Shown in pieces: positions 24,841 through 41,035 of a DNA stretch of 64,000 nt. This stretch comes from Schmidtea polychroa. Lineage: Eukaryota. The notes beneath the pieces were generated by a model. That model searched no databases and was not told the origin of the DNA. It saw only the letters and a program-made list of their open reading frames with translations. The stretch covers positions 29,452,001 to 29,516,000 of the forward strand of contig CM097885.1 in NCBI GenBank assembly GCA_044892525.1, given 5' to 3'. Both the position numbers and the translations under genes were made by a program. Positions within the stretch are counted from its first letter, which is position 1, and each line of letters opens with the position of its first letter.

Positions 24841-25629
24841 AACAATAAAATAAAATCTAATCTTATCTTATCATATAATTTAATTATTTAAAATAAAATA
24901 TTTTTACATAAATATAATTCATTTTTATACAGAGATTTTTCAATTCCTTATATTTTTGCCTGTTGATTGATAAATGTCAGATTCTATATATCTTTGAAAT
25001 AAAAACATTTCACATGTCTCATTGGAGACACTATAAAAAAATTATAAAAAGTCTTCTATATAACGTTTACATATCTCAGGTCTTACAAGACGAAGATCAG
25101 AAAACGTTTTCTCTAAATTTGAAAGAAAAATTGAAACAAGAGGTGGAGATAAAATCATTTTAAAATTTTATTAAAAATGCATAAATACAATAAAAGTCAT
25201 ATCAATTTGAATGTAAGTTAAATTTTATTAGAACTTACTTTAAATTGTAAAATATTTGAAAAGAAACAAATTTGGTCAAATCATAATTGTAAAAAAATAC
25301 TTTTGACAAATTGCGACTCATCTATGAATTTGTATATCAACCTGCTTTATAAATGAATTTATTCCATTGAAACAGATCTAGTTCAATGAGAAAATATTTA
25401 CTATAGAAATTGATAAAGTGATACAAAAATTAGAAAACAATACGTGATAAAATATTCATGCAAAATCTTTATATGTAGAACTATTTTAATGAGACACATT
25501 TGCGTCACTAGGGTTGGTGTCACCCCGTCTCGACACCCCATAAACCTCATCCGAGTCCGCCAATGCCAAATAACGGAGACATGCAGAATTCTTAGTAAGG
25601 TTTATAAATATAGATCCTACATTTGATTT

Positions 25630-26340
25630 TAGGACTTTTCGTCCCCGGACGATTCATCCACGGACTGTTCATCTAGTGGAATGTTCATCCATGAACGATT
25701 CATTAAAGGACGGTTCATTTAAAATACTAATTTTATATTAGAAAATGGAAAAATAATAATAGAAATAAATTAATTTACTATACACATATTACAATTGTTG
25801 TAGGAAATGACACTGTAATTATTTCATTTTTAACTGGAAATAATACTTAGAATGATACAATAATTATACTGTAGTAACTTGTATTTAATTACAACCTAAA
25901 TAATGTAAGTTTTAAACATATCTAAATCAAAAGAACTAAATAGATTTTACGAAAAACAAAAACTGATTATAACTTAGTTATGAATATTAATAGTTGAACA
26001 AGTGTTAATTGTCCTAAGATATATAGACACATTTGCTCTTCCGTATGCGGCAACAACACTTCGACTCTGCCAAACAAGTCATGATATTTCTTGACACCAA
26101 TTTCCTGACTTCCAGTTTCTCCTTGCATGAATACTGCCTTCTGTTTCTGACAATCTTTCTCCAGCACTTAGATCAGCAATCAGATCGAAGAATGACTGAA
26201 CATGAATAATGATTGACTTCCGTTATGTCAGCCTTCGACGATGTTTGCGGTTCTTGCGATTCCGTCACAGGCAGACTCATACTGATTCCATATTGGGATT
26301 GAAAATGTCTCTGGGTCATAATAATTCCCTCTATCACAGA
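25630..26340 (-). mobile_element. Mutator/MULE remnant (transposase C-terminus plus repetitive terminus)
   Basis: The minus strand gives FSIPIWNQY...RTANIVEG*HN (RTNNxxEGWH-like). ~15-bp GGACGATTCATCCAC-type repeats lie at 25630-25720. Confidence 0.7.
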
Positions 26341-27124
26341 GTCTTGCTCGAAGTAGGAAAGAAGTTTGTTCAGAATTGAATAGTAGTAGATTGGTGAATT
26401 TTGATGAAAAATTAAAGTGAGGCGATTATTAGAGCAGAAAGACGAATTAAGGTGGATGAAATAGTAGAATTACTTAAAATAAGTGTTGGCAGTTGGTACA
26501 ACATTATTGGGAAATTAAACTAGAAGTTCCGAATGAATATAATCAATACACTCAAGCATCGCTCTCTTGTTTTCTTCTTGCAAAATTAGTCCAGCATCTC
26601 TTGTCTTCTTATCTGTCATCCTCTTCATAAACCCGGGTCTGCTCTGTACTGAAATTCCATATTGGTCTGATTTTAAAAGCACCTGTTCGATTGCCTGCTC
26701 CACAAGATGATTATCTCATTTTCATGGTTAGAGTCACAGTCACTCTCAGTCCACTCTTCTGCAACAAATTCAGCCATTTCATCTCCTTGTTCTTCTGCTT
26801 TATTTTATTCTATTTCTCCTTCCTCCTCTCATTGAGACAAATTCATGTTAAAAATTTCAATAGAATTCCAAGGACTCTATTAAAAGGTTTTGAGAAAATG
26901 AAAATATTTAATTTCTTTTAGAGTTTAGATAATACAAAATCTCCTACAATCCGCAATATCCGAACAAGAAATGAAATTCTTTTTATAAAAGTTTTGAAAA
27001 TATATTATTTTAAATAAATTTCATTTGACAAAATCAAATTAATAAGTGGCATGGAAAATGGCGAGGGACACTTCCATTTTCAGGGATTTTTGGGACACCA
27101 CAAAATTCCGTTAAAAATAAATTA

Positions 27125-27155
<31 letters not shown>

Positions 27156-27158
<3 letters not shown>

Positions 27159-27300
27159 TTTATTAAAAGGCTTGACAATGAATCAGTAAATATATCGATG
27201 TTTTTGATATATTTACTGATTAATAGTCAAGCTTTATAATAAATACAATGTCAATGGAAAAGAAATCAGTGATGAAATTTGAAAAAAAGTTCTTATAATA
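27156..27300. repeat. Dispersed hairpin-containing short repeat; related copies at ~35836-35920, ~36385-36510 and ~38523-38650
   Basis: CTTGACAATGAATCAGTAAATATATC pairs with GATATATTTACTGATTAATAGTCAAG. The copies share a TACTGATTCATAGTCAA..AATAAAT..AATGTCAAT-type tail. Confidence 0.75.
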
Positions 27301-27622
27301 TATATATGAAACACTTATATATTAAACAATATTGAAAATGACTAGTTGAGTCCATCTATAAAATCAGGGATTATTTATCACTGAACATCGCTATCGAACC
27401 CTCTTTAAAATACATTAAAAATGCAAAGTTTCAGCATCAAATTGAAGAAAACTAATCATTACAGTTGGAAAATAAATAAGTTGATATTTCTAATTCCAGG
27501 CAGGTTTATGGTAAAATTGTTATTTATATTCATTATTTATGAGATTATGCTTGACATATTCTTGGCCAGATATTGTTTTTTAAAATGAATTATCTAGAGT
27601 CAAATCTAAAACCACAAAAGAA

Positions 27623-27768
<146 letters not shown>

Positions 27769-27773
27769 GTATT

Positions 27774-27830
<57 letters not shown>

Positions 27831-28832
27831 GCTTATTTATATTAATTTCAAACATTTTAATATTTTTAATTATTTTTACCTCAATTATTCATTTTCTGTT
27901 TTATCTCAGTTTGGATTATGATGATTAATTTGTTAATTCAACTTATATTAATCTTATGTAAATTAATTATTTTTTCATGTAGTTTGATAAAGTAAAGAAA
28001 ATTTTTGCAATTAAGAGGTCTAACTCGTAGACAGTTGATATAATTTTAACATATAACTATAATTATATTCCTTTTAACTGCTTTATATTGTCTAATTATG
28101 GTTTGCATAGAATTTATTTATTTTGTTGATGGGACATTGTCAAAGGGTGGGGCACAATTCTTGTTGACAAATCTCTTCTTAATAATTAAATTATGTTAGC
28201 TTGATAATGTTAGGCCAAAAATACGTAAATAAGATTTTGATGTCCACTGTATAATTAAGAGATAACAATTTCTACAGTTGATTACCACCAAAAAAATATA
28301 AATTAAAATTAAAATTAAAATTAAATAAAAAATTATATGATATTCAATTACAAAAGAATTTTGTGTAAAATATATAATAAATATATATAAAAATAGAAAG
28401 TCCGGACTCGTCCGGCCAAAAATATAAAGTTTACCAAATTTTGAACTGATCATCTTTCTGATGGATTTGAACATTTTTAAATATTCTAAATTTCAACCGT
28501 ACAAAAGAAATGTTAAAAAATGCAGAGACGTTTGTTTATTTATTAATTAATCATTTTTTTATTATTTAACTATTTGATATTATTTATTTATAATATTTAA
28601 TATTTATAAAAAATTCCTCGTGAGTGAAAATTTTATGTGATCTGCTATATTTACAAGGTTTAATCACTTACCATTGTGAAAGTTTCAAAATAGAAATTCA
28701 TTTTTTGTGCTTATCTTGAACACTTATGATTATAAAAAATCCCAAATCTTATTTTAAGGTTTTGACGAGCTTATGTTTGATAATTTGATCTTAAGTGGAT
28801 AATTTCTACATATATACGTTCAACCTGTACAG

Positions 28833-29144
28833 CAGTGGTTCTCTATTAATATAAAAGCGCGAAACACCATTCACATGATTTTTTACGCGGGACACTGACA
28901 AAAAAATACTTGCCCACAATGAGTGACCAATCACAAATTACTATAAATCTGTCGTAAACGTAAACAATGCCTTCTTATAAGCAAAGAAAATACTACGCGC
29001 AACAATAACAAACAATAAAAACACTTCTATTTGTATGTTTATATATCCGTGTAACGGCTTTCTTATTTAATCATCTTATAAAAAATTAATTGAGGTTTTT
29101 GATGATATGTATCTTAAATGCAAATTTAAAGATAAAAACACCGG
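28833..29144. mobile_element. Old hAT (Charlie-like) MITE
   Basis: Starts CAGTGGTTCT and ends AAAACACCGG. Flanks CTGTACAG/CTCTACAG match 7/8, an NTCTAGAN-like 8-bp TSD. Confidence 0.5.
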
Positions 29145-30245
29145 CTCTACAGATTAATATAAATGCCTTGGTATAATCATCCAAAACTGCAGAAGGCTAG
29201 ATTCTAACTATCGTTTGGATTTATTCTTTTTATTTTTCTTCTTCTCAGATTTTTCATAATTACAATTTTAATAATTATAAGTGGTTTCATTTCAAGTATC
29301 AAGACCCAGAATCTTTTATATTCTTTTAGTGAACTTAGGAACTATTACCTTCAAATTCTAGTAATGATTCAACAGTCATTATCCAAACATATATCAAATT
29401 TTAAAATAAATTTAATTTAACTTAATTTAAATTTAATTTAACTTAATTTAAATTTAATTTAACTTTTTTAATTTATTTAAATATCTTCGTAATTCTTTAT
29501 TTCTAAGGAGATTTACCTACTGTGCTCGTCCTTATTATTTATTATTTATTATTTATCAAACAGAAAATATATAAGATATTCAAAAAATTAATAAAGGGTT
29601 AAGATTTAAGTTCAATAATTTCTATATTATTGTTAATATAAATACAGACTTGATAAAGGTTGTGTACCTTATATATTGTTTTGCTCTACATTCTTATAAA
29701 CATTATTGTGTAAATTATTGAATTAAAAAAATGATCAAAGGTGAAACTAAAGTTTAAGTGGTATTTTGGTTCACATAGCAAACAGTAGAGACGTTATTAA
29801 TTATGCAAGCAAAGAAACATATTTTATTAAACGAATTCCAAAAATTCCTAGAATGTAATAATCATAAATGAAATATCAAAAAAATATATAAATTGGTTTC
29901 AATATTAAAGATTCGGTCATAATGCAATATCCACATTTATGCCTATGAAATTCTCCTTTCCCCTAAAGTTTTCCCTGAAAAATACTACAAAATTTCTCAC
30001 AATCTCATGTATTTGATCGCTAAATTTCCAGACTTTGTTGATTGATGTTCATTTTATCTTTAATCAGAATTTATTAGAGCAAATTGAGAAAATTTTCTGC
30101 ATTTTAATGGAATTTAATGCATTTATTTTTGTAAAATCTTTTTTAGGGAGTTTGGTAGAAATTCAGACAAATAATTATAAAATAATTTTTTGAAAAAATG
30201 TAAAGAATGTTATAAAATAATAATATTAATAATAAAAATAATAAA

Positions 30246-30412
<167 letters not shown>

Positions 30413-31845
30413 TACATCTACAACATCCTAATATGAAAAACATTGAATAAAAGTTATTTCATATTTTTGTTTGTCTAAAAGCATTAGACATTTTTAAAAT
30501 TATAATAAATTTGTAGTTTATAGTTTTTTGTTATTTATTGGTGTTAAATAAATTACATATTAACTTATTATTTCAAACATACATTTACACATTGACCCGA
30601 TCTGTTCCAACAGAGTTTTATTTTTGGAACCGCTTTTGGCTTCAACAAGATTTTTTATATTTCAAAAAATAATACAACAAATGAATAAGCAACATAACCG
30701 TCAAAAATCTCATATTTTTTATCATTCAATTAATACTTTTTCTCAAAAAAAGTTTTAAAGATTGTTATTATTAAATTTACTAAGATCGTTGTTTAAATAA
30801 AAATATAAAAAAATATTTTTTTTATGGATTTTATAATTTAAATGATATTAAAAATTAATCTTTTTTTATTTTATTTTTTTTACATTTCTTTTTAATAATA
30901 TTGTTTATATTTATCAATTTTCTGAAAAGTAAAAAAATTAAATTTTTTTGTTTATAATATTAATTACAACTATTATTTTTTAATTATATTTTTATATTAA
31001 TTTTATTTAAAAAAATCCTTTAAAATTTGTTTTATTGTAAATTAAATTTTTTTAATAAATATTGTTCTTTATTTAAAAAACAAAAAAAATATTATCCGAT
31101 TTATTTTTAAAATTATTTTTTACAGAATGCGATACTTTTAAATCAAAATATCTAATGAAAATATATTCGGAAATACATAGTAATAATCCAAAAGCAAGAT
31201 TGCTGTGTTTACATCTGGACATGGATTTTGTATTAAATGATAGAAAACTAATAGAAAAAGGATTTTGTGAATAAATGTAATAATTCTAAGAGAAATAACA
31301 ATTCGATCAAGTTGTTTAATATATAAAGTTAAAAAACGGAAGTGGTTTAATGATTTAACGGATATTAGTTTAATTTTTAAAATGAAACCTGATTCAAATT
31401 TTCATATGATTTCAGTTCTTTTTCACATGATGAAAGAGCAGGAAAAAATAAGTTGCATAAATGTCGATGGTAATCACTTCATAAAGTTAAAAGGTTTTGT
31501 GATAAATCGAAAATTTACATGATAGTGTTAAAGTTAATGGAAACACAGAGGTAGCTTAAATGTAAATTATTTTACTATTCACATTCGTGAACATTAAATG
31601 TTTTCATGCAAAGTTTTTACCATTAGTTCTATTTAAAAATACTTATTTTAGAGTGATATTTTTGTTACCAAGAAAAGATGATATCATTATTTGAGACAGG
31701 CAATGTCCATGGGTAGCGCAAAGTATTCAACTGGTTTGATGTCCGTAAAGGTCTTGAAAACCATCCAACAGACTCATCATTTTCTAACAATTTGCTTTCG
31801 TGTTTTTATATTATATCTTTTGATTTATTCGAATTTTCCTTTTAT

Positions 31846-31986
31846 AATTAATATTTCCAAAAAATTTAAAACTAATATAAAATATATATTTTAAAAATTT
31901 TATTAAATGTTATATTTTATTTATAAAAATCGCCATTCGTACATCTTTTTTGCACTATATATTTCGATAGCATCACTATCATCATC

Positions 31987-32027
<41 letters not shown>

Positions 32028-32430
32028 ATAATATATAAACAAATTATAAAATATATAAATTTTAAATTATAAATAAAAATTTTAAATAATCATTCTTTTT
32101 AAAAACAATTTTAAATAATCAATTATATTTAAACTTTTAAAATTATTAAAAATATTTTTTCAATTATTTAACATAACTATTATTAATATACATCAACATA
32201 CAAAAACTTAATTAAAAACATTCAACACATAAGTATTCACTGCATTCTGCACATTGATTTTAGGATTAAAAGTTCTTAATATCACACGCTCAAAACAATT
32301 ATCAAAATATTTTGATAAGATTTTAAGATCAGACATTCCTAATTCTCTCATACAGACTTTATTGTGATCCTTAATATTAGACACTCCCTTTGGTCGACAG
32401 TGTTCTTGAACTCGAGTACAGATAGATGAC
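31846..32430 (-). mobile_element. Second Penelope-like fragment
   Basis: Reverse-complement similarity to 23230-23670, including the GIY-YIG C-terminal half and the GTACGAATGGCG tail. Confidence 0.85.
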
Positions 32431-33838
32431 TTGTGAAATTATTGAATTTTTATCGGCATAACTATTTCCTTGTCTCCATCCTCTTGGATGAAGTTCATCA
32501 GAAATGTAGATAATAGGAATGAAGTGTTGCAACTTGAAATGTTTATTTAATGCTATTCAAATTAAATTGGATTTTCCTCAATGATTTGAATTTCAAAATC
32601 TTCGCAAAATATATAATATGCTGAAGTAGTTTTAGAATCAAAATATTTATTATTTGATATTTAAAATGAACAAAAAGTGAATAGGTGAAAAGGTTTTTAC
32701 TTAATTAAAATTATTATAATATTTGAACAAACCTGGGCATAAAATAATTAACTATTAAAGCAATTAACTACAATTATTAAATCAAAAATGTAATAAGTTG
32801 TTTAAATCGTACTCCACAAAAATTGTTTTTATCCTTTAAATTCCAAGTTTTTATCAAATTTTGTCATCCGTTGAAAGAATTTATATTCATCTAAATTCAA
32901 TTAAAAGGTACCATAAACTTTGCCAATGAGCAAATAAATTTTTTTTAAAGGAGACCGGCAAAGAATAAAGAAAAGGAATTAAAAATAACCACGAAACTCA
33001 TTCCAATAGCACAAGTGGAATTATAATTGTAATTAATATCATCAAGGTTAAAGAAACAAATAATGTGAGCAATTTGAATAGAGTTTTTTTCTCTAGGCAA
33101 TTATCCTCTGAAACGGAAAAATATACTATTAAATCAATGTCCGGATTTTCTGCCGCGGTTTCAAGAAAGATTGAAAAAAACAACGCGGAAAATGTTTGAA
33201 AATTTCATACTAAAAAACTTGAAAGAATTCATTAAAAGAAATGTCTTAGCTCTATCCGCTTTTGAAAAAATATAAATATTAAATATACAGTAAATATACT
33301 TTTACAAATATATAAATAAAATCTTTGTTTGAAAAATTTATTTTAAAAAATAAAAACACTAAAAAAGTAAATTCTAAAAATATAATAATTAGTATGTCGT
33401 TGGGATGTTAATAATTCTCAATTCTAAAATCGAGTGTTTAAATGACTTGAAATGTCAGGGTTAAATTGTACCGAAAACATTCATTGAAAGCGGAATTGTT
33501 TAATGAATATTAAAACAAAAACTTATAATGAATTATTTATATATTTTCCAAATTTTGCTTAAAAATAAAATTAACAATAAAATTAACAATAGTAAACCAA
33601 TTAACGTGGTACATTATAAGTAATGAAATTTTACATAAGCCTGTTTTTATTAATCTTTGTTAATAAGTAATTAAACAAAATAAAGATTATGTAAACTATT
33701 ATTACTGTTCTTATTTGACAACGCCTTGCAAAAACACTAGATTACGAAAGTTTTGAATTTCTTAAATATTTTTATAGTGCTTTTACTTCATCTTTCTTAA
33801 AGCGATTCATTTTTTTCTACTTATTATTATTCACATAT

Positions 33839-33943
<105 letters not shown>

Positions 33944-34945
33944 TTTAATCCTTGAAAATATTAAACATATATATTATTTTTCATTAAATCATATCAAATA
34001 TCATATATAAAGTTTTACTTTAGTTATTTGTAAATCATTTGATTTTATGTAATAATTTATCACTTTCGGATGCCATTACAAATTTTAATTGTACTTACAC
34101 CGACTTAGCAACACAATAGTGATATGAGCTGTACATACTCTTAATTTGTAAGATGTCAAAATTATTCATAGTGGCTATCCATAATACAATAAAGATTTTA
34201 TAATACAACCAAATTTACTATTAAGATACATACTCAAAATGTTTGGTATTCAAAGTTTAAGGTTTAAGCTTTTTCAATTATTCTTTTTTATTATTTTAAT
34301 TGATTTTTTGTTTGGACTGAACATATATTTATTTTTAATACACAACATTATTTTAAATCATTTATATTAAAAATAAAAATAGGCCCATCATATAATATGT
34401 GGGAGTTGTTTCCAGTAGATAATATATTATAATCTATTGGAAATCAAGCCAGTCAAATGATACAGATGTGCTTTGTAAAAACTAAATAAATAAATAGTTA
34501 AAATTATTAATTAAATGAAAACTAGAATATGTCTGCAAATGTTAATTCTTTATAACTCTTTACACATTGAAATATTTTTAAAATTAAATAACATTAAATA
34601 AAAAAACAATTTGTATTATTCTAAAATATGAATGCAATTATTAAAGTATTAAAATAAAAAATATTTTATAGACATTAAAATCTTTTAATTATTACATTTT
34701 TATATCTGCATTATTATATATTTATAAATTATTTTATTTTTATTTTTTATCATTTTGTAAAATAGCAATCATAATAAAAAATAGTGTTAAAATAGTGTTC
34801 AGATAATATTTTTTGAAACCTTTTATGAAAATGAGATAAAATTTTCATATTTGTTTTTGATATAAATATTTATAAATTTTTTATAAATTTTTTATAAATT
34901 TTTTTATAAATTTTTTTATAAATTTTTTTTAATAATTTATTTTAG

Positions 34946-35109
34946 CAGGACTATCAAAATTTACAGGAATTAATTATATTCAACAAATAAATATCTGTGA
35001 TTCTCCTTGTATATACAAATGGAATAAATCGGAAATAATGTTGAATAAACCACTTGGAGACTCAGTCGAAATGTTATGTGACATAGGCGGCGTTCATAAA
35101 ATATCCCAG
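34946..35109 (+). CDS. Exon of a host Ig-domain protein (first half of the domain)
   Basis: tttag acceptor, open frame GLSKFTG...KPLGDSVEMLCDIGGVHKISQ, phase-0 GTAAAA donor. Confidence 0.65.
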
Positions 35110-36559
35110 GTAAAATATATTTAATTAAATCTGTCATATTTTCATGACGAATCTCATTTTAAAATTTTAATGTAAAGTTATGATATTTTTAAAAATATTT
35201 TATTTAAATAATGGTTCTTTTTATAATTACCATTGTCACAGTTGATATCAGTTTTCTTCATCATAATCTTTTACCCTTTTCAATTTTAATGTTAATCTTA
35301 CACATTTTCTTCAGAAATAAAAAACAATTGAATATGATATAATTTAATAATAATAATTACTCTCTGGATGTCTAAACATCTGTACATCACCGTTTGACAA
35401 GAAAGAATCCGAAATAAAACAAATACCATACAATTATATTCATATACGTGCAAATTTTAAGAGAGCTTTATCAAATTACAATAAAACTATTTTTACAATG
35501 ATTACATTTCGGAAGGGATACTAGATATGCATAAAGACTTACTGCGCTTAAGTATTAAGATGACTATTATTAAACCACAGAAGAAATATCAGAAAGACGA
35601 AATGCAAAATGATTAGGTTGCATACTAAATTACCGTTGAATACTTTCTTCACTAGTCTCTTGAGGAATAAAGAAGAGATTTAAAATAGAGATGAATTCTT
35701 AAAAATAATATGAATCGGGATCAAAGTTTAACTTGAAGAGAAGACTTTAACTGATTTATTAATTAAAGCTCACAATAAAAACTAGAAAATCAAAAGAAAA
35801 TTTTGTTTTAATAAAGAAAATCATTTTAAAGAAAAGGCAGTGCCAAAAATTTGTGAATGTCAAAAAAACATGAAAATATTTACTGATTCATAGTCAAGTT
35901 TTTCAATAAATAAAATGTCAATAACTTTAATCTCCGATCAGTCATGGTCTTCTATACTTCTGTGAAATCTATAATAAACTTTCAACACACAGTAAAATTT
36001 GGTACCATCTCTATAAATACTAATAAATAATTTTAAGAAATAAATATTTTATTTTTTAAATATCATAAATTATTACAAAATAAACGAAAGTTTGAAAATA
36101 TTACACGAAGGTACAATTCAAACATTCGTTTTATGATATCTTTCGAATGTTTTCCATTCATCGTTATGTAAGATAGAAAACACTATAGATATTATAGATT
36201 TTATGAACAAATTTCATTAATATTTCTTTGAAAATAAAATATTCAAATTTAAATAATAAATGATTTTTCTATTTACATTAAATATATTCAAAGATTTTAA
36301 AATATTTCATTATATTTTTATTTAAATATAATTTTTAATTTTAATAATTTAAAAACGTTTTAAAAATTGTATTTATTAAAATTATTGACTATAAACCAGT
36401 AAAGATATCGATCTTTTTTTATATCTGTACTGATCCATAATCAATATTTTAATAAATACAATGTCAATTAAAAAGAAATCAGAGGTGAAAATTGAAAAAT
36501 ATTCTTATAACATTTTAAAAATTGAAATTTATAAATTATTTAACACATTTAAAACAACA

Positions 36560-38340
36560 ACACTCCACATTCGATTACTTCACAATTCTTACAGCTGCCA
36601 ACGGTTCATCAATAAGAGGTTCGGAAACAAGAAAACGTCAATTAAATTAAATTGAAATATTTATGGCTGGATGTTTCAAGTCTGTAATGTCTCACAGACA
36701 ATATTAGGCTTCGGTTTCCTTGTGGATATTACCATAAATGCTATAGAACCGAAGAGTTACCATACAATTAAACATGAGAATCAATTAACTGGAACGCCAA
36801 AGAGACTTCAAGCCTGAAGACATTTTGGAGAGAAACTTAAAGCAGTAAAGTCATGGTTTAACGATATGATCAAATCTGGGAAGTGTAGACCATCAAACCT
36901 CTATATCTTCTCCACTGGTAGTAGTCAATAAATTTGTAAAATTTAAAATGTATGGAGATTATCGGGTTAGTAAATTCTGCAATGAATGTATGTCTTCTAC
37001 AATTAATCTAGATAAGGCATACTTTCAAATTCCAATGGTAGCAGCAGATATTTATAAAACCGCAATATTAACTCCTTTTGGTATGTTTGAATTTACCTGT
37101 ATGAAATGCACTAGAAACATTCCATAGAACAGTGGACGATTTATTAAGACCATTCCCTCTTTTCGCAGCGTATTTGGATGACATTATTGTGGCATCAAGC
37201 TCGAAGAATGAACATATTGGGCACATTCGAATAATCACCGAAATCCTAGATTCAGATGCCTTAAAATTGAATCTCGATAAATGTCAATTTTCAAATCACA
37301 AGTTCGATAACTTGGTCATGAAATTGCTGTCAGTAATATCAAATCCTTACGGGCAAAAAAGGAAGTCATAAATAGATTTGAAAAACCAACAAGCAAACGT
37401 CAGTTAAGGAACCTTTGCGATATATTTAACTTATATCACAGATATATGACAAATATCGCATCTCTAATGGCATCACTTTATAATACGTTGAAACGAAAAT
37501 TAACATATCAGAAGGAAAAAAACAGAGCATTTACCAATACTAAAAAATCGCTGCATTTAGCTACCGAGCTTGCCACATTCTCGGAAACTCATGAAACATG
37601 TCTGAGAACCGATGTATCTAGAGATGCAATTAGAAATGTTTTGGAACCCATTGGTGCCAAGAGTATGATAACTGTGCTCGGAACAAAATATGTATAGCAT
37701 GTAAAGTTCCAAATTCAACCTCTTCCCGATGCCATCCGTTTCGAAGTCATTCATTTAGACATAAAAAGCCTTTATCATAAGTATAAAATAAACATTATTT
37801 ATTAAAAATAATAGATATATCGGGATTTGGAATACCAAGTTAAATCGTCTCAGATAAGGAACTAAATTCACAAGTAATCTTTTTCAAGAATTATACAAAG
37901 GTTTTGGTATAGAGAATAACAGAACGACAGCCATCCATCGAACCTTGAAAGCGGCAATGACAGTATCATTACACACTGCTCGTCAAAATTGGACAAAAAG
38001 ACTCCCCAAAATATGGTTATGTTTGAGAAACTGTTCAGACGAATCTGGATATTAACCAACTCAGAAAGTTTACGGTGCTGATTTAGCAATTTCCGGAGCC
38101 ATGTTCCATCAGCCAAAGGAAACGAATAAACAAATAAAAAAAAGAATTAACGGAAGCAATGAACATAATTTGAAATCAATTTGGAATACCAATTGACATA
38201 CCGAAGACATTAAAGGACGTGAAACATGTTTACATCAGAAAAGAAAACAAAAACTGCCTCGAAACAGCATATATCGGTCCTTATCCAGTTCTGGAAAAAC
38301 TTTCTTATCCATGAAGGAGTTTTAGACTTGGTGGAGAGGA
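36560..38340 (+). mobile_element. Highly degenerate Ty3/Gypsy pol remnant
   Basis: LDKAYFQIP, TPFGMFEF and AYLDDIIVAS (RT), LRTDVSRDAI (RNase H), FEVIHLDI (integrase); PPT-like GGAGAGGAA before TGTTAG. Confidence 0.82.
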
Positions 38341-38656
38341 ATGTTAGAAATTATTTATTTAAATATTAATTGTAATAATATTTAAAACAAGTATTGGTTT
38401 TATTACATTTTAAAATTTGTTTTAAATGTGATTTTAAAGGAAAAATACAGAATGTGAATTTGACTTATTATTTAATGTTGAATCACAATGTATTTAATTG
38501 AATATTAAAATCACTTGAAAATGGCAGTGCCGAAAATTTGTGAATATCAAAAAGACATCGCTATCTTTACTGATTCATAGTCAATTTTCTTTATAAATCC
38601 AATGCCAATTGAAAAGAAATCATAGATTAAAATCGAAAGATGTTCTTAAAATTTAT

Positions 38657-38719
<63 letters not shown>

Positions 38720-40329
38720 AGAGAAAGAAAGAATATGGTTATTAAACTGGGTTAGGTAGATTTTGAACCAGTTCGTTGGGATAAATATGATTTAACAAAG
38801 AGTATATGAAAATATTTTTGAATGTTTTCATCAACTATTTTTAAATTCCTCTAGTCGTAAAATATCTAAAACAAAATATTTCAATATAATTCATTAATAA
38901 AAACCCAAATGTATATAAATTGCGAAAGAATGTTGTTTGGATTAATGCTAAACATCCTTTTTCAATTAAATTATTTTGGAGTTTTTAAGCTACTCTAAAT
39001 ATTTAATCGATAAAAAATATTTTTTTTATTTTGCAATATTTTAAATGGAAAATATTTATACATTGAAAATACAGAGAATATATAAAAAAGATAATTGATT
39101 GTTTATACAAGTTTACAAAATATACTATGTATCAAACAGCAATGGGACTGATTTTAAATAATAAATTATAATAATTTATAACTATTTATTTATTTGCTAT
39201 AATATTTGTAAAATGTAAAATTATTACTGAAAATGTTGTTATTGAAAGTTGACATTTCCTATTTTTTATAAAATTTATTTTTTATGAAATATTTGAATAT
39301 AATAATTATGGTAAAATAAGTAAATTTTGTTTTCAATCATTTTGCGGTTTTGTGGTTTCATTAAAAACACGTGCAATTTATTTTAATAAAGAATTTTGGT
39401 CATAGAATATCTTTTATAGAAAAATATGATCGGATGATATTTTTGTACATAGTTTTCAACTGGGAAAGTTTTCAAATAACAAAAGCACATGTATATAATT
39501 AATTTTAATAGAGACTTTTGGTAACTGAAATTTATGAATTAAGAAATTATGTATATTTATACTGAAAATTTTAACATAAAGTCTTATTAAAGTCAATAAT
39601 ATACATAAAATTAAATAATAATTTAAATCATAATTTAAAGATAATTAGAATAAAGTTTATCAAGTTCTTATTATAATTTCTATAACAAATGTTTTCAGAA
39701 TGGAAATAATAATTAAATTTTTCAATAAAATAATTTGAAATAGTGAAAGCCTGTATTAAATTTGAATGTGTAATAACTGTGGTTTAAAATACATAACTAT
39801 TTAAAATGCAAAAAAGCGCCAATCAAGAACTCGTTTCACAATATACTTCGACAGTTTTCCTGTCATCATCAGGTAGGATATAATAACTATAGAAATTAAA
39901 GTTTTTTAAAAAAATTTATTAATTGTATTAATTATTATTTATAAACAGAAATATTATAAGCAATTTTGCAAGTGTTAAAGCAAGGAAGGCATATTTTAAT
40001 GTATAAACATACTTTTAGACACTAGAATCTATGAAACATTTCAAAATTACATAAAAATTTGTAATAAAATTTGCAAAATTAAAAAATTCGTCTTACTCCA
40101 GTAAATATTTTTAATAGATTTATTTCTTTTCACGATAATGTATGTGTTTTACAATTTCCCAACAAATTTATATTAACAAATGCTAGCTCTACACATTAAC
40201 AAAAATTATAATAATAAATAACTATAATAATAAATAATAATAATAATATAATAATAAAGCCATTGTAGTTAGGACCTTATATACATATATGCACACTCCT
40301 ACACATACTTTTCATATATTACTATCCTC

Positions 40330-41035
40330 TTTTGGTTTCGGGCTGTCAGAAAAGTGCATCCATTTAACAGATACATTCTGATCAGAAAATTCAACAAGGA
40401 ATTCCCATTTTCTTTTGGAAGCATCAAAATAACTTAAATTGTAAATATATTTTCAATTTTCACAACATTTGTCGTCTTGATAAACTCTGACAACTGCATT
40501 TCCCGTTTCGTCTGGTTCAAAATGTACATCTTTGTCAATTCTAAATGAATTGGTTTCAGTTTCTTCATTTGCTTTCACTCTTAACATTGCATTTTCTACA
40601 GAAATCGTACAAAGTTGCCAAGTTGCGTTGAGAGTTTCCTTTTCAATTTGATGAATAAAATTCTTACAATTAGAATTTTTACTGAATCGTTTGTGAATTT
40701 CCACATAATCCATACAGAGACAGGATCAACATTCATAGTCTGCTTGGTAGTTTCAGGTGGCGGTTTGTCGCCAGAAATCTGTTTGCTTGAATCACTAGGT
40801 ACATTATCCTTAATTACTTTACTTTCTGCTGATTCCTGATATAAAAAAGAAAATAATTGTCGAAGTGTTATATATTAAAAGGCATAATTTTCTAATTTAA
40901 AATTTCGTTATTTATTAAAATATATTTAAAAAAGTAAAATATCAAAATTATCCAAGATACAAATAATAAATTGTTGGTTCAAGGATGTTTCCTTTTTAGT
41001 CCATACCATTTGTTGATGACAATGAGAACACTTGA
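40330..41035 (-). pseudogene. Possible exon remnants of an unknown gene
   Basis: Coding-like composition, an acceptor at ~40836 and ORF 40453-40713. The frames do not join cleanly. Confidence 0.3.
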
